From Heptranchias perlo (Eukaryota): a stretch of DNA of 64,000 nucleotides. Below are positions 1-13,933 of the stretch, piece after piece (the first letter of the stretch is position 1; every line of letters begins with the position of its first letter). Location: the NCBI RefSeq assembly GCF_035084215.1, contig NC_090363.1:5890001-5954000 (forward strand), read 5' to 3'. The position numbers and the translations under genes are program-made. The notes beneath the pieces are model-generated. The model was given only the letters and a program-made list of their open reading frames with translations. It did not search any database and was not told the origin of the DNA.

Positions 1-452
1 GGCAGCTCGTTCCAGACACTCACCACCCTTTGAGTGAAAAAATTGCCCCTCTGGACACTTTTGTATCTCTCCCCTCTCAACTTGAATCTATGCCCCCTCG
101 TTATAGACTCCCCTACCTTTGGGAAAAGATTTTGACTATCGACCTTATCTATGCCCCTCATTATTTTATAGACTTCTATAAGATCACCCCTAAACCTCCT
201 ACTCTCCAGGGAAAAAAGTCCCAGTCTATCTAACCTCTCCCTATAAGTCAAACCATCAAGTCCCCGTAGCATCCTAGTAAATATTTTCTGCACTCTTTCT
301 AGTTTAATAATATCCTTTCTATAATAGGGTGACCAGAACTGCACACAGTATTCCAAGTGTGGCCTTACTAATGTCTTGTACAACTTCAAAAAGACATCCC
401 AACTCCTGTATTCAATGTTCTGACCAATGAAACCAAGCATGCCGAATGCCGA
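1..452 (-). mobile_element. CR1 LINE ORF2 3' fragment (young subfamily)
   Basis: Nearly identical to 21260-21636, which encodes [15 protein letters not shown]...RLRGDLIEVYK. Confidence 0.9.
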
Positions 453-540
453 ATGAAGGGAAGGATCAAGAAAACAAGAGAGTTTTAAATATGGAAACGA
501 TATCCCAATGACTTAATGTTACAATGTTAGGTTTTCTTAC

Positions 541-867
541 GCTTTACAGTAACCGAGGTTCCTCTACCGACTGCCTTCGGCTCGCCCATTATTTCAATCT
601 CACAGTAATACACTCCAGACTCGCATTGCGTCATATTCATAATTTGGATTGATGCATCCCGCCTGTCATTGAACGCATCCTTGTCGGCTTTTTTTAGTCC
701 TTTCTTGTATCTCGGAGAATCGAAGTCTAAGTGACTGCTATCTTTTCTCCATTTGTACGTACCCACCCCTGATATACGAAAGGTGCAATTCAAAATCACG
801 CTTTCACCTTCGAATAAAGTAACTGAAGAGGGATATTGCACTATGGTAGATGTTTCAGCTTCCAAAC
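541..867 (-). CDS. Gene A exon 2: V-set (VJ-type) Ig domain, NKp30/NCR3-like receptor; gene continues beyond the window start
   Basis: 327 nt phase 1-1 exon, acceptor ...tgtgcgtcactag|, donor AAG C|gtaag. Encodes GLEAETSTIVQYPSSVTLFEGESVILNCTF...YKWRK...DASIQIMNMTQCESGVYYCEIEIMGEPKAVGRGTSVTVK, with B-strand Cys, C-strand Trp, YYC and a J-like GxGT motif. Confidence 0.92.
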
Positions 868-959
868 CTAGTGACGCACAAAAAAACACAAGGATTAATT
901 CGCCATCGTTACAGGATAAAGTAATGCGCATTATGCACCTTGTACCGATAACATCTTGG

Positions 960-1320
960 TTTTGCAGCACCACTATCGCCTGTGACTCAAATAGTTGTAG
1001 GTTCAAGGCGCAATTGTGGCCTTCAGCACATTATTCTAGGCTGACACTTCAATGTCGTACTAAGGGAATGTGTTTTTTTCAAAGCGGAGAAAGTTCTCCC
1101 GGTGCAATAGCCAAGGTTCAGTCCTCAAGAAACACCACCAAACAGCTTAACTGGCCATTCGTCTCATTGCTCTTTGTGGGACTTTGTTGTGAGCAATGTG
1201 GTTGACGCGTTTACCTACAAAGCAACAAATACTATTCAAAAAACAGTTCAGTAGTCATTCATTGGCTCATGGACGCCTTGAGGTTGCTTAAGATGCAATA
1301 CAATTGCAAATTCTTTCTTT
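960..1320 (+). mobile_element. Decayed Deu-domain (SacSINE1-like) tRNA SINE
   Basis: ggttcaag B box, taggctgacacttc, ttctcccggtg, and a ...ttctttcttt tail; similar to 15253-15551. Confidence 0.65.
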
Positions 1321-2389
1321 GTATCATGCAGTCTCAACTTACACTTTTGCTTTAATATGTTACGTTATTAATTCCAAAGGAAATTATTATATGAATGACA
1401 GAAGAAAGAAAGAGAAAGAGAGAAAGAAAGTAAACAAAAAAGAAAATGTTACATTCATTATTGCTTCATTAATAATAGTATGAAGTAATAAATCAATTCT
1501 ATACATGTTTTATCCTTATATAATTATCCAGGAATGTCTGATTTCCACATGAGGGAAATATAAGAAAACACGTTCAGCAAATGTAATAGAAGCGGGATAT
1601 TAGCTTGTTGTATATATTCGACAATAAGCCGTAAGTTGTACAGTAAATCATTTGTGCATTGTAAACTGTGTACATCTTAAAGTCAGGAAAAATAAAACAT
1701 TGGCTCATGTAAATTCAGTCATCTAATGGACGGTAAATATCGAGTCTAATATACCAGGCGACTGTCAGAAAATTAATTAGTTAAGGACAGTATGGTCATT
1801 GCGATGAATTTGTGAACCGCTGTTTAGATATTGAAGCCATACGCTAGTCACCCTTGTGAACATAAGGTACCACTTTTCGTTACAGATTGAACCAAGGTTT
1901 TTTTGTATATTGAGCTCAATTCCATCAATGATCAACTTTTTACACCTTGCCAATAATTAAATCAATTTCATTTACTTCCTACGTTTAAAGATTATCCTCT
2001 CGGACCCTGGTGTATGATTATCTCATTTGGCTGCTAACCGCAAAGCAAAAATAAGCTATGAATAGAATAATAGGATATGACCTATTAAAAATATAGTTAT
2101 TGTGATGCTTTCACAGATAAAAACCTTCATTGTTTATTTTTTATCAACGTGTGTCCATGAGTTCCTTGGGGTGATTTATTCATTTAATGGCCAATATTGC
2201 TGGGGTATAAAATATACCCAGGACAGAAAACCGCTAGCAAGATTTCCAAATATATGCAGAATCATTAAACAAAAAATGATGAAAAATATTATTCAAATAA
2301 CAAGCAAGGAATATTACAGAGAACAACAAAGAACGATAGTTACTTTTCTAAATGTGGTGCATTTATATTAGTTGATTTTACAAACATTA

Positions 2390-3352
2390 TTTTGACATAT
2401 ATTAATAACCTGGACTTAGGTATACAGGGTATAATTTCAAAGTTTGCAGATGACACGAAACTCGGAAATGTAGTAAACAATGTGGAGGATAGTAACAGAC
2501 TTCAGGAGGACACAGACAGACTGGTGAAATGGACAGACACATGGCAGATGAAATTTAACGCAGAGAAGTGTGAAGTGATGCATTTTGGTAGGAAAAATGA
2601 GGAGACCAATATAAATTAAATGGTACAATTTTAAAGGGGGTGCATGAGCAGGGGGACCTTGGATGTATTTGCACAAATCTTTGAAGTTGGCAGGACAAGT
2701 TGAAAAGGCTTTTTAAAAAGCATATGGGATCCTGGGCTTTATCAATAGAGGCGTAGAGTACAAAAGCAAGGAAGTTACGCTAAGCCTTAATAAAACACTG
2801 GTTAGGCCTCAGCTGGAGTGTTGTGTTCAATTCTGGACACCACATTTTAGGAAGGATGTCAAGGCCTTTGAGAGGGTGCAGAAGAGATTTACCAGGATGG
2901 TATCAGGGATGAGAGACTTCAGTTATGTGGAGAAACTGGAGAATTTGGTGTTCTCCTTAGAGCAGAGAAGATTAAGATGAGATTTGATATAACTGTTCAA
3001 AATCATGAACGGTTTTGATCGAGTAAATAAGGAGAAACTGTTTCCGGAGCAGAAGGGTCAGTAACGAAAGGATTCAGATTTAAGGTGATCGGCAAAAGAA
3101 CCAGAAGCGACAGGAGGAAAATATTTTTTATGCAGCGAGTTGTTATGATCGGGAATGCGCTGCCTGAAAGGGTGGTGAAAGCAGATTCAATAATAACTTT
3201 CGAAAGTGAATTGGATAAATACTTGAAGGGAAATAAAATACACGGCTATGGGGAAAGAGCAGGGAAGTGGCACTAACTGGATAGCTCTTTCAAAGAGCCG
3301 GCACATGCAGGATGGGCCGAATGGCCCTTTCTGTGCTGCATCGTACTATGAA
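2390..3352 (+). mobile_element. 5'-truncated CR1 LINE (RT C-terminus and 3' UTR)
   Basis: YINNLD...SKFADDTKLG, WQMKFNAEKCEVMHFG; 3' UTR gatgggccgaatggcc. Confidence 0.93.
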
Positions 3353-3659
3353 ACTATAAAACCTATAAGTAATGACACGGTGCGTTAATTTTAAAAATAT
3401 TAGCTCATTCTAATGCAATTTTGATTCGAACTGTTACTACCAGACGTTAGAGGTTGGATATAACACCATATCATCACTAACAGTGCTCCTCAAACTCTAA
3501 CTTAAGCAATATCTTGACGCTAAACACAAATGATTGATTAAAAGACTATTAGGAAATTTGTGACTCTGCAGTTTGTAGATATTGGAATCTTTTACATCAA
3601 TCGTTTGTATAAAGTATGTAGCTAATTTGGGATGCGTAGCAAGTGGTATAATATAAATT

Positions 3660-4110
3660 AGCAGTGGTCATTTTAAACTATATTTGGCCCTGTTCCGACC
3701 ACATTTGGATACAGTGCGTACTTTTGATCTCGCCGTTTCAAAACGACATTCAGTTATTGGAGGAGATACAGAGAACGGCTGCACAGTTGATCCCAGAACT
3801 TAAAGGAAAGACGTATTAACTACCCGAGGTCTTTTATGGAAAAGAGAAGACTGAGGGGGGATATGATAGAAGTATTTAAAATAGCAAGTGCAGGAGAAAC
3901 TTGTTTTACTACAAGGGTGCTAAGTATGTGGAACGGATTAATGGCAGGGGTGGTGGAACGAGAAACTTTAATGGGTTTCAAGAAGGAGCTAGACAGATTC
4001 TTGTCAAAAAATGGGATTCAGGAACATTGAAAATGCGCCGGGAATATTGTGGATATGTGGGCTAGATGGACCGACGGTCTTCTCCTGTCTGAAACTGTTG
4101 CTATGTTGGG
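3660..4110 (+). mobile_element. Old CR1 fragment
   Basis: EKRRLRGDMIEVFK, FKKELDRFL. Confidence 0.8.
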
Positions 4111-4472
4111 TGCATTCTTTCGTTCCCATAAATCATAGGCCTGCTCACAAACCTGTCTATTGATTGTTTTCTGAGTTGCATATTGGTAACTTATCAAAGC
4201 ATATGGTTTAGGAAAAACGAAAGAAATGCAGTTTAAAAGATGGCGGCTTAACCCTTCCGTGCTTAAAGGCATCGTAAAATGGATACCCTAGAGGGGTTAC
4301 ATTAAAAAAAATGACTAAAACTAAGGTTGGATTTTGCACTTGTTTCGGCCAACGTTATAGAAAATATAGAAGTCATGCTTCTCTATTATTTTACAAATAC
4401 GTGCAATCATTCACTTCTTCCTGATTAATGATCAAAGTATTCTTATAACATTTAAACAATAAAAGCACTTAC

Positions 4473-4533
4473 CCATTAGAAAAATTGAAACCAGATGGAA
4501 AATAACGGTTTTTGCGCATCGATCCATCGCCAT
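4473..4533 (-). CDS. Gene A exon 1: signal peptide MAMDRCAKTVIFHLVSIFLM(G)
   Basis: 61 nt from ATG to G|gtaagt (phase 1); joins in frame to the V exon, giving the hydrophobic leader ...IFLMGLEA/ETST. Confidence 0.85.
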
Positions 4534-5784
4534 CGGTGCTGACTGGTTTTAAACAGGAAGACAAATTACGTTAGTCTGAATTGCAGCATGAGATAAGATC
4601 AGCCTTTAGCGTGAGACAGCATTGAGTTCTCAGGCACGAAATGGCACAGCATGAACCGCGGCTTGCTGGTAATCGTGCAGCTTCGGTTTATATTATACTG
4701 CCGAACTGACAGGCTCGCACCTGACAGGATGTGAAGATTCAACGAAATTAACGAGCTTGCCCAAGAAAAGTAGTAAGATGGCAAGGCAAATATGAACTCT
4801 ATTTCCATTTTCTCAGAGCTAAAACAAAATACTGGAAATTGTAGATTATAAACCCTTCTACAGAGTTTAGTGCCGGATATGAAATCCACGCAATTCCCCC
4901 AGATTCCCCGTCCTCTTGCATTATAGGGACTTTAAAAATCGCACACTTGTCGTCACATAACTGCCATTTTATCATCACTGTGGGCTGCTCTGCTACCATT
5001 TGCAACCTTACAAGTATCTGTGGGTCTTAGTGCTATGGGCTTTGGTTATTGGCCTACATCACGTCTCTCACGTATACATCCTTGCACTTACACATACGCA
5101 CATTCCAATGCACACACTGCAGTTGCTGCCATTTAATTCATTACAAGAAATAAAAATCATGAAAGTATACATAAATCAGCCAGGCTTTCAACTGTCAAAC
5201 GTTTCCTTGCACACAATATCGCAGGATCGTGCATACATAAAAGGAAGACCAAGAAAGATAAAGAATGTTAAAGCTATTTTTATTGCTTTTTATACTGGAG
5301 CATTAAATAAAACTAACACAACATGTGTGCTGTGATGAGCCTGTAGTCAGCAGCGCCCGTGTTTGTAACTGTTTAATAGAAAGGTGATTGATTGTTACAC
5401 TGGATAATGATTGAAAAAAATAATTAAAGTAGTTTTTCTTCCCATGTTGTAGTTGTATGGGTAAGCGGGATTGCATTAATTTATACAGCTGCATTGCAGA
5501 TCATGGAAGGTTTATTGATGTACTGTATGCCTTCCATTCTATGTTTTTTTTCTTGGTGCAATCAGCACCTGACCTAAATAAACATACACAGCCCTGATAG
5601 TTCTGAACGGGTTGTCGTATGCACTATACGTGACCCTAATCTTAAAAGGCACCAGTGAGCCTAACAGTTATTCTTCGCTTAGCTGCCGATGCCAGCTGAT
5701 ACACATAGACTGTAACCTCAAGCATCGTTACACATAAGAGCAGCATAATTCAATTCAAGATATCGAGGGAGGGAAAGAAATTAC

Positions 5785-7850
5785 TAGAGAACCATAGAAT
5801 CATACAGCACAGAAGGAGGCCACTCGGCCTATCATGCCTGTGCCGGCTCTTTGAAAGAGCTATCCAATTAATTCCACTCCCCTGCTCTTTCCCCATAGAT
5901 TTGCAATTTTTTTTTTCTTTTGAAAGTTATTATTGAATCTGCTTCCACCATTCTTCCAGGCAGTGCATTCCAGACCAAAACAATTCACTGCATTGTAAAA
6001 AAAATCTCCCCATCTCCCCCACCCCGTTCTTTTGCCAATTATCTTAAACATGTGTCCTCTGATTACTGACCCTCCTGTCAGTGGAACAATTTATCCTTAT
6101 TTACTCTATCATAACATCTCATAATTTTGAAAACCTCTATTAAATTTCCCCTTAACCTTCTCTGCTTTAAGGTGAATAATCCCAGCTTCTCCAGCCTCTC
6201 CACATAACTGAAGTCCCTCATCCATGGTATCATTCAGGTAAATCTCCTCTGCATCCTCTCCAAGGCCTTGACGTCCTTCCTAAAGTGTGGCGCCCAGAAT
6301 TTGATACAATACTCAAACAGGCCTAACCAGTGATTTATAAAGGTTGAGCCTAACTTCCTTGCTTTTGTACACTATGCCTCAATTTATAAATCCAAGGACC
6401 CCACATGCTTTTTTAACAACTCTATCAACTTGTCCTGCCACCTTCAAAGATTTATGTATGTGAACCTTCAGGTATCTCTGTTCCTGCACCCCCTTTAAAA
6501 TTGTACCATTTAGTTTGTATTGTCTCTCCTCATTGTTCCTCCCAAAATGCATCACTTCACACTTCTCTGCTTTAAATCTGCCATGTGTCTGCCCATTTCA
6601 CCAGTCTGTCTATGTCATCCTGAAGTCTGTTACTATCCCCTCACTGTTATTTCATTTCCAAGTTTTTTGTCATCTGCAAACTTTAAAATTATGCCACCTA
6701 GACCCAAGTCCAAGTCATTAATATATATCAAAAAGAGCAGTGGTACTAATAACAACCCCAGGCGGACAACACTATACACTCGCCTCCCGTCTGAAAGAGA
6801 AATGTTCACCACTAGTCTCTGCTTTCTATCTCTTAGCCAATTTCGTACTCATGCTGCCACTGCTCATTTAATCCCATTGGCTTCAATTTTGCTAATAGGT
6901 CTATTATGTGACACTTAATCAAACGCCTTTTGAAAGTCCATATAAACAATATCAACTGCCTTCATCAACCTTCTCCGTTATTTCATTGAAGAGCTCAATG
7001 AAATTTGTTAGACAGGATTTGCCTATAACAAAACCGTGTTGGTTGTCATTTATTAACCCATGTTTCTCCAAATGAAAATCGATTTCGTCCCGGATTTTAG
7101 TCTGTAGAAATTTCCCCACCACCGACGTTAGGCTGGCTGGCCTGTAGTTAACAGGTTTATCCCTCTCCACTCACTTGAACAGGGGTGTAATATTTGCAGC
7201 CGTCCAGCACTGCTGGCACCACCACCACATCTAAGGAGGATTGAAAGATTGTGGCCAGAGCCTCTGTTATTTTCATCCTTGCTTACCTCAGAAACCTAGG
7301 ATGCGTCCCATCTGGAGCGGGTGACTTTTCTACTTTGAGCATGGCCAACCTTTTAAGTATCTCCTCTTTGTCTATTTTATTCTGTCCAATTTCTCTATCC
7401 CTCCTCCTTTGCTATGACATTGGCAGCAACCTCTTCTTTTGTGAAGACAAATGCAAAGTAGTCATTCAGTACCCCAGCCTCCACAAGAAGATCTCCTTTT
7501 TTGTCCCTAATCGACCCCACCCTTCCTTTGACTATCCTTTTACTCTTTATGTATTTATAATAGACTGTGGTGTTCCCTTTTATGTTACCCACACATCTTT
7601 TTGTAGGCAATCTCTTTGCCCCTCTTAATGCCTTTTTCACTTTTCCTCTGCACTTTCTGTATTCTACTTAATTCTCTATTATGAACCTGACATTTATCAT
7701 TAGCCTCCTTTTTCTGTTTTATTTTAATCTCAATTGTCTTAGTCACCCAGGGAGCTCTAGCTTTGGATGCCTTTCCTTTCACCCTCATAGGATTGCATTC
7801 AGTTTTTACCCGGACTATCTCCTCATTGAAGGCCTCCTATTGCTCATTTA
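5785..7850 (-). mobile_element. CR1 LINE ORF2 remnant (~2 kb, frameshifted)
   Basis: NYRPASLTSVVGK, QHGFVIGKSCLTN, APWVTK; CR1 3' UTR at 5790-5900. Confidence 0.93.
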
Positions 7851-8039
7851 CTTTAGAGAGAAAGAGACAGAAAGGAGGAGGTCCAATTTGGCAACTATGT
7901 CCTTCAAGGCTCAGTTAGTGGTAGAAATACTGAGTCATTCTTGCTGGTGGGCACTAAATTCCCAACCCAGAGTATATTCTGTGCTCTGTATCCCTCAGTG
8001 CTTCTAACAAGTGATGTTCCACGTAAAGGAGTACTAATC

Positions 8040-8520
8040 TGCCAATTTAAGAGGCGGTACGTGGTAATCAGCAAGTGCCTTTATTTGACCTGAAGCCATG
8101 AAACGTCTTATGGTCCAACGTCAATGCTGAGGTATCCCAGGCCACACCCACACAAATTTATCCTATTGTGCCCACAGTTCTGGTGGACGGAACATACTCA
8201 GAGATGGTGATGAAAGAATCTTGGAAGTTAGTTGAAAGGCATGGTTGTGGGAGTGTGGGATCCGAGGCAGCTATTCCACCTTGGGCATCAATTCTGAGAT
8301 ATTAGTGAGGAAGACTTTTTAAGATCAACTGGACTGGGATAGATGAGTGTTTTTCTGATCTATTACCTGGTTCTTTGTTGATAGGTTATTCGATATTTCT
8401 CTTTATTGTTCTGTTTTGTCACGGTCGCTTTACAACTCGGTGGCTTGATAATCCATTTCAGATGGCACCGAGAGCCAATCACTTTTTGTGAGATTGCAGT
8501 CACATGTAGGCCAGATGGAT
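8040..8520 (-). mobile_element. Decayed endonuclease-region fragment of the LINE family at 58230-60626
   Basis: gtggtaatcagca...tttgacctga..ccatga is the reverse complement of the 58700-58765 region. Confidence 0.65.
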
Positions 8521-8529
8521 TTTCAGAAT

Positions 8530-9600
8530 GTGATCAATAAATTGTTTCACCAATGGTTAATTAGAAAAATTCAGCGTATGGTACAAGAGGAAATGTTGCT
8601 GAATAGATAGAAAGATGAATGACAGAGAGAAAGCAAAGAGTTAGCGTGAATAGATGTTGCATAGACTGGAGAAGGGTCGAAAGTGATGTACCCCAGGGGC
8701 GAGTGCTACATAAATGATTTGTACTTGCGTGCAGGGTGCATAATCTTGTGATGACACAACAGGTTTGGCAAACAGCAAGGGGTATTGTAAAGGACTTCAG
8801 GAAGACATAGGTAGGCTATCAGAATGGGCAACCAGGTAGAAGATGTAATAATGTGGATGTGTGAGAGAATACATTTTTGGAGGAAAAACAAGGAATGGGA
8901 GTATATACTCAGTGGAAGGACATCGAGACCTAGAGTTTCAAATATACAATTCCCTAAACGTGCGAGTGCAGGTAGATAAAGTCAGAAAAAGCTAACATCA
9001 TTTTGAGTTTTATAAATAGCATAGAATTCAAGGGTAAACAAATAATGATACATTTGTACAAAACATTGATCTGGCCACAGTTAGAGTACCGTATATAGCT
9101 TAGAGCATCCCATTATAGAAAGGTTATTAAAACCGTAGAGGGTCAACAGCTTAGGTTTACCAAAATGATGCCAGGAAGGAGAAACTATAATTATAAGAAG
9201 AGACTTGAGCAAGTGGGATTCATTCCACTGGAGCGGAGAAGGCTGAGGAAATTTAATAGGGATTTTTAAAACTAAAAACGATTCGTGAATAGAAAAAACT
9301 GCTTCCTCTAGTTGTAGAGCCAGTGACCAGGATTCAGCAATTTAAACTTGTCATTAAGAGATTGAGATAGTACATTTCTTTACACAACAGGCTGTTGGAG
9401 CATGAAACGCTTTGCCACCAGGAAGAGCTGAAGCAAAGATTACATCTTTTGAAGGAACATTGGATTAATATTAGAAAAGCAGGTAGATACCGAGGAGAGA
9501 ACGCACCGTGGTATGAGGTTTGCATCCCTCTAACAAAGTGCTGGCAAAAAGACGATGGGCAGAATGCCCGCATTCCGTACTGTAAAATTCTATAGTTCCA
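8530..9600 (+). mobile_element. Old CR1 RT/3' fragment
   Basis: gtaccccagggg, gatgacacaa, gccacagttagagtac, and a degenerate 3' UTR. Confidence 0.8.
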
Positions 9601-10253
9601 ATTCAGATATTTAAACAGGACACAAAAAGAAAAGTTCTAACTGCTATTCATGAATGAAAAAATTACAAATCAAAAATCGTGAGAACAGATTCTTAAAATC
9701 GCTTCCAATCAGTTTTAAATTGTACATTATGTTGTGTCCATCGATAGAGAGGGCAACTAGTATATTGAAGATTGAAGTTTTATGAATTAGTTAGTATAGT
9801 AAATTGATTTTTAAAAGCATGTATGTCCCTTAAAATCGGTACTTATACAGAAAATTACACAAGCATATAAAGTTATAAAATTGTTTACACTTTCTATCAA
9901 TGTATCTCTCCGTCTATCTATTGTGAGTCGGTCTGACTATCCGTCGGTTGGAGGCTGCGTTTATCCCTCCATCTACCCATCCGCCTATCCATCTACCCTA
10001 CCTTGTCTATCTTACCTATCTACCTAGTGCTCCATCAACCAAAGCCTGGCTTAAAAGATTCGTATTTTCATTGGATCTGTTCCTCCTACTAGTTCAAATC
10101 TTTCTATCTTATTTAATCTCCGAAGGGAGGCGAAAAAAATAAATCAAATTTGGTTAGACACAAATGTAAACGATGTTAATTACAATTTGGAGTTATTCTC
10201 AGTTTTTCATTGTAGCCGAATAATGATGAACCGAAGAAAACCAAGGGAACATA

Positions 10254-10413
10254 AATCATAATATCATAGTAGGTACAGCAGAGGAGGAGGCCATTCGGCC
10301 CATCGTGCCTGTGCCAGCTCTTTGAAAGAGCTATCTAATTATCCCCATTCCCCTGCTCTTTCCCCATAGCCCTGTAATTTTTTTTCCCTTCAAGTGTTTA
10401 TCCAATTCCCATT
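10254..10413 (-). mobile_element. CR1 3' tail fragment
   Basis: ggaggccattcggcccatcgtgcctgtgccagctctttgaaagagc. Confidence 0.85.
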
Positions 10414-12057
10414 GTAGATAAAAGTCTGACAGCGGTAAGTGCCGGCAGCCATAATTAAACTGATCTCCACCATTAGGACCCCCCCTTTAAAATTCGGCTC
10501 TTCAAAACAGAACTACGCTGAATTTTAACATCTGTTCGATTGTTTTCTGTCACTTTGGATTTTCAAACAGTCCTTAAGAAGATAGCACTGATGGCCTGAT
10601 GTACTGGAGGAGTTAACAAGCTACTCAGTGCGGTAAAGCTGAAACTCAAATCTCCTATTGATGTTAATTAAGCTATCATCTGATAAGAACTCCAGTAATC
10701 TACTACACCAGCTATCACAATGGGCTTGTTATTTCATAAAGCTCTCTTAGAAATATTTTACTGAACTGAGGTTGGTTTATAATGAAAGTTCAGTAAAATA
10801 AATTGTCTTTAACTTTGTACAAAGAGGAAATGGTATGCCTAAATGTGGTGTAACTTTAGAAGTATGACGCGGGCATACAACACAATTGAGCTAACTGAAG
10901 CAAGTTGGCGGATAACCTTGTAAAATTTCCAAAAGTGGTCTGTTGGTTTCTATGTGACAAGCTTTGTCGTTTTTAATTAAGTTTAAACTTTTTGGAGATT
11001 GCCGTGGAACGAATGCACTGCAGAGAAATTAAAAAGTACATAAGAATCAAAATAATAACAGTTGGATAAAAACAAATTTGAGGGCATGAATTGTGTTGAA
11101 TAATAATATTGCGGTGCATGGTTTTCGGCAGTACTATTTGGACGGAATTGATTGCACCTTTTTTGTTAATTTATAATATTAAAGTAGAGTCTGTCAAATT
11201 TTTAGTATTACAGCGTAGAAATTACTGTCTGTCATATTATGGCAAGAATGCTTAAGTCGCTCCAATCAAACCCCTCGTTCCTTTATCTTAGCAGAAGAGT
11301 TAATGCATTTGAAATATCGCCTCTATTAGAATATCAGAAAGAGGAACCGGTAACAACTTTATTTCAAAGGTCACCGCCTCTATTGGAATATCAGATAGAG
11401 GAATTTGTACCAACATATTCAACATTTTTACAATACCAAAATTTAAGCATTCGCTAACAGTAATCTCTGTCCTTACACATCACAACGATAGGGAAAGAAT
11501 TCCTCTGGTGTCCGTGTTCGTGACAAGGTGAACACAGAGGCAAAACTATCCTCTGATCATTTTTCCGATTAAGTGTGTTTTCCGGAGTGATTTTGAAATT
11601 TCGCTATCATATTCCTATCATGTTTACAACGCTTCCAACATATAATGCCAGAGAAAATCCCGCCCCACTTCCAATAGATAAAAGTGTAGTTACTTTAAAA
11701 TAAATACCTTCTGTGTGAAAAGTTACACTTTAGAATTCTGTCGAGTATCTTCCTTCCAAGCGATTCACATGTACCGAAAACTTCAGGCTTCTGAGAGTCC
11801 TTAGAACATCCAATTGTAGGTACGAACTTCTGCAAAAACACCCAGACGAGAACAGCACAAATCGAAACCGATCAAGCTGGTTGGGCCGACTGTTTAATCT
11901 AAACTCCGAATAAATTATTCGGACAGCGAAATGTTCTGCGCCCTGGTTAATAGATGGGTTTTAATCTGGTTGTTGGCCAATTATTTTACTTAGGAACTGC
12001 TCATTCTTTACTCAATCTACATCTCGACTGCGGTCCGTGGTCGGAGCCTGAATGACT

Positions 12058-12246
12058 TTATCGCTTAAATAATTGCACGTTTTCAGCGTGGAGGCAGTTT
12101 CTGCTCTCTAACGCATCAAAAATGTCCGTGTTCGGTTTGAATTCCTCTGGTGTGCCATTGACTGTCTCCTCCAAACCTTCCTCCGTCAATTCGGAAAGTT
12201 TGCATGACTGACAGGGGTGTGCTGGTGCGGGGGGAGTACTTCCTCT
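12058..12246 (-). CDS. Alternative candidate terminal exon for gene B (phase 0: RGSTPPAPAHPCQSCKLSELTEEGLEETVNGTPEEFKPNTDIFDALESRNCLHAENVQLFKR*)
   Basis: Acceptor gttttgctttttag| followed by 62 open codons in apparently non-repetitive DNA; needs an unidentified phase 1-0 linker exon. Confidence 0.25.
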   Translation of the reverse strand, partial: RGSTPPAPAHPCQSCKLSELTEEGLEETVNGTPEEFKPNTDIFDALESRNCLHAENVQLFKR

Positions 12247-13464
12247 CTAAAAAGCAAAACCTACATCTAACTCTGTATCACTTCTATTCTTACCATCCTA
12301 TTTTTTTAGACACAACAATGGCTGTCACAGTGATATAAAATAACATGATTCCCATCTGTCTACTCTTTCCAGTCTCCGCGGAAATAAGCATGACCTCGTT
12401 GGAAGTTAATATTTCCAGTGTAATTTTGAGAAGGATATACATTCGAAACGTTAATACTTTTTTTTTACAAATTCTGATATTTGTACAATTGATGTGGTAA
12501 TTAGAATCGGGAGTAGATTAATTAGGTTTGATGGTTTAACGGTCGGTGCTCGACCTGGACAGCAGAGTCACATGGCAGGCAGTGTACGTTAATAGCTTGC
12601 TTTTTTTTTCGGTTGTAGGGAAATAATACATACTTAAACCAATAGGCTGCGTGACAACAATATGACACTTAAAGCAGCAAATTGCCTGATCTACAATCGG
12701 GAACAATGCAACAAGCGGGGACGCTTTCCTCGTTCGTTACGTTTAGCAAATCGTAAACGCCTTTATAAATCACTTATTCGGTTTTGCTAGGTGGTGCGTA
12801 AGGAGGAAATCTTCCGTGTAATCAAACTCATTGATCAATAGTTAGTAATTCAATCTGGTGAAAAGAGAAAACACGTAGATATTAGAAATCTATGATGAAA
12901 TTGGGAATTGTTGGACATGAACAACCTTCAGCCAACCATCTGAAAGCGAGGCGTGGGTTAACATTTTGGTTCAGATACTGCTTAATCTACTGTGCATTAC
13001 TCACATTTTCCATTTTTACCTGTCAGAGATCGAGTCCCTGAAATTATATCATGTGATACTAGAAGCACGTTGGTCTGAAATGTCCTCTCCACTATTTTAA
13101 CAGAGCTGCTTAAAATAAGTGTGTAATATTCACTTGTGCTAGAAAGCAAGGAGAGGAATTTCAGATAGCCAAGGCTCTTTAAGCTCACAAGTAAAGAACA
13201 GATTGTTGAATGCAGCGCCACTACTGGCTGGAGGGTGCACTTACAGTGTGACATGTTTATATAGGCAGTTTTCATTATAGGGCACAAACTTGAGCGTTCC
13301 TGGTGTACATTTGGCATCGCCATGCATTGTCAGATCTAGTTTGACCACACCAAGGTCTCTTAGGCCTCGGCATTTTCTGCCAAATCAGCCCACAATATCA
13401 TCCTCAAAGACACAGCCAATCCTATGCACCTGTTTCCTGTTACCAACTGACTCCATAAACAACT

Positions 13465-13933
13465 GATACCTGGCCTAAAAGGGTTAAATTATGAGGACAG
13501 GTGCATAGACTAGACTTGTATTTCCTTGAGGATAGAAAATTACGGGGTGATCTAATTGAGGTGCTTAAGATGATTAAAGGAGTTGATAGGGTAGACAGAG
13601 AGAAATTATTTCCTCTGATGGGGGAGTCCAGAACAAGGGGGCATAATCTTAAAATTGGAGCTGGGCCGTTCAGAGGTGATGTCAGGAAGCACTTCTTCAC
13701 ACAAAAGCTAGTGGAAATCTGGAACTCTCTCCCCAAAAATGCGGTTGAGGCTGGGGGTCAATTGAAAATTTCAAAACTGAGATTGATAGATTTTTGTTAG
13801 GCAAAGGGTATTAAAGATTACGGAACCAAGACGGGTAAATGAAGTTAAGATATAGATCAGCCATGATCTAATTGAATGGCAGATTAGGCTCGAGGGGCTG
13901 AGTGGCCTCCTCCTGTTCCTATGTTCTTATGTC
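13465..13933 (+). mobile_element. CR1 3' fragment
   Basis: RKLRGDLIEVLK...SRTRGHNLKI; tail cctcctgttcctatgttcttatg. Confidence 0.9.

Noticed and set aside
1-375. Segmental duplication with 21260-21636
   Set aside because: Identity is confined to CR1 sequence and the insertions sit in non-equivalent introns; these are independent young copies.
868-1006. N-terminal extension of the V ORF (likewise 38615-38810)
   Set aside because: Intronic read-through upstream of clear splice acceptors; the real leaders are separate exons.
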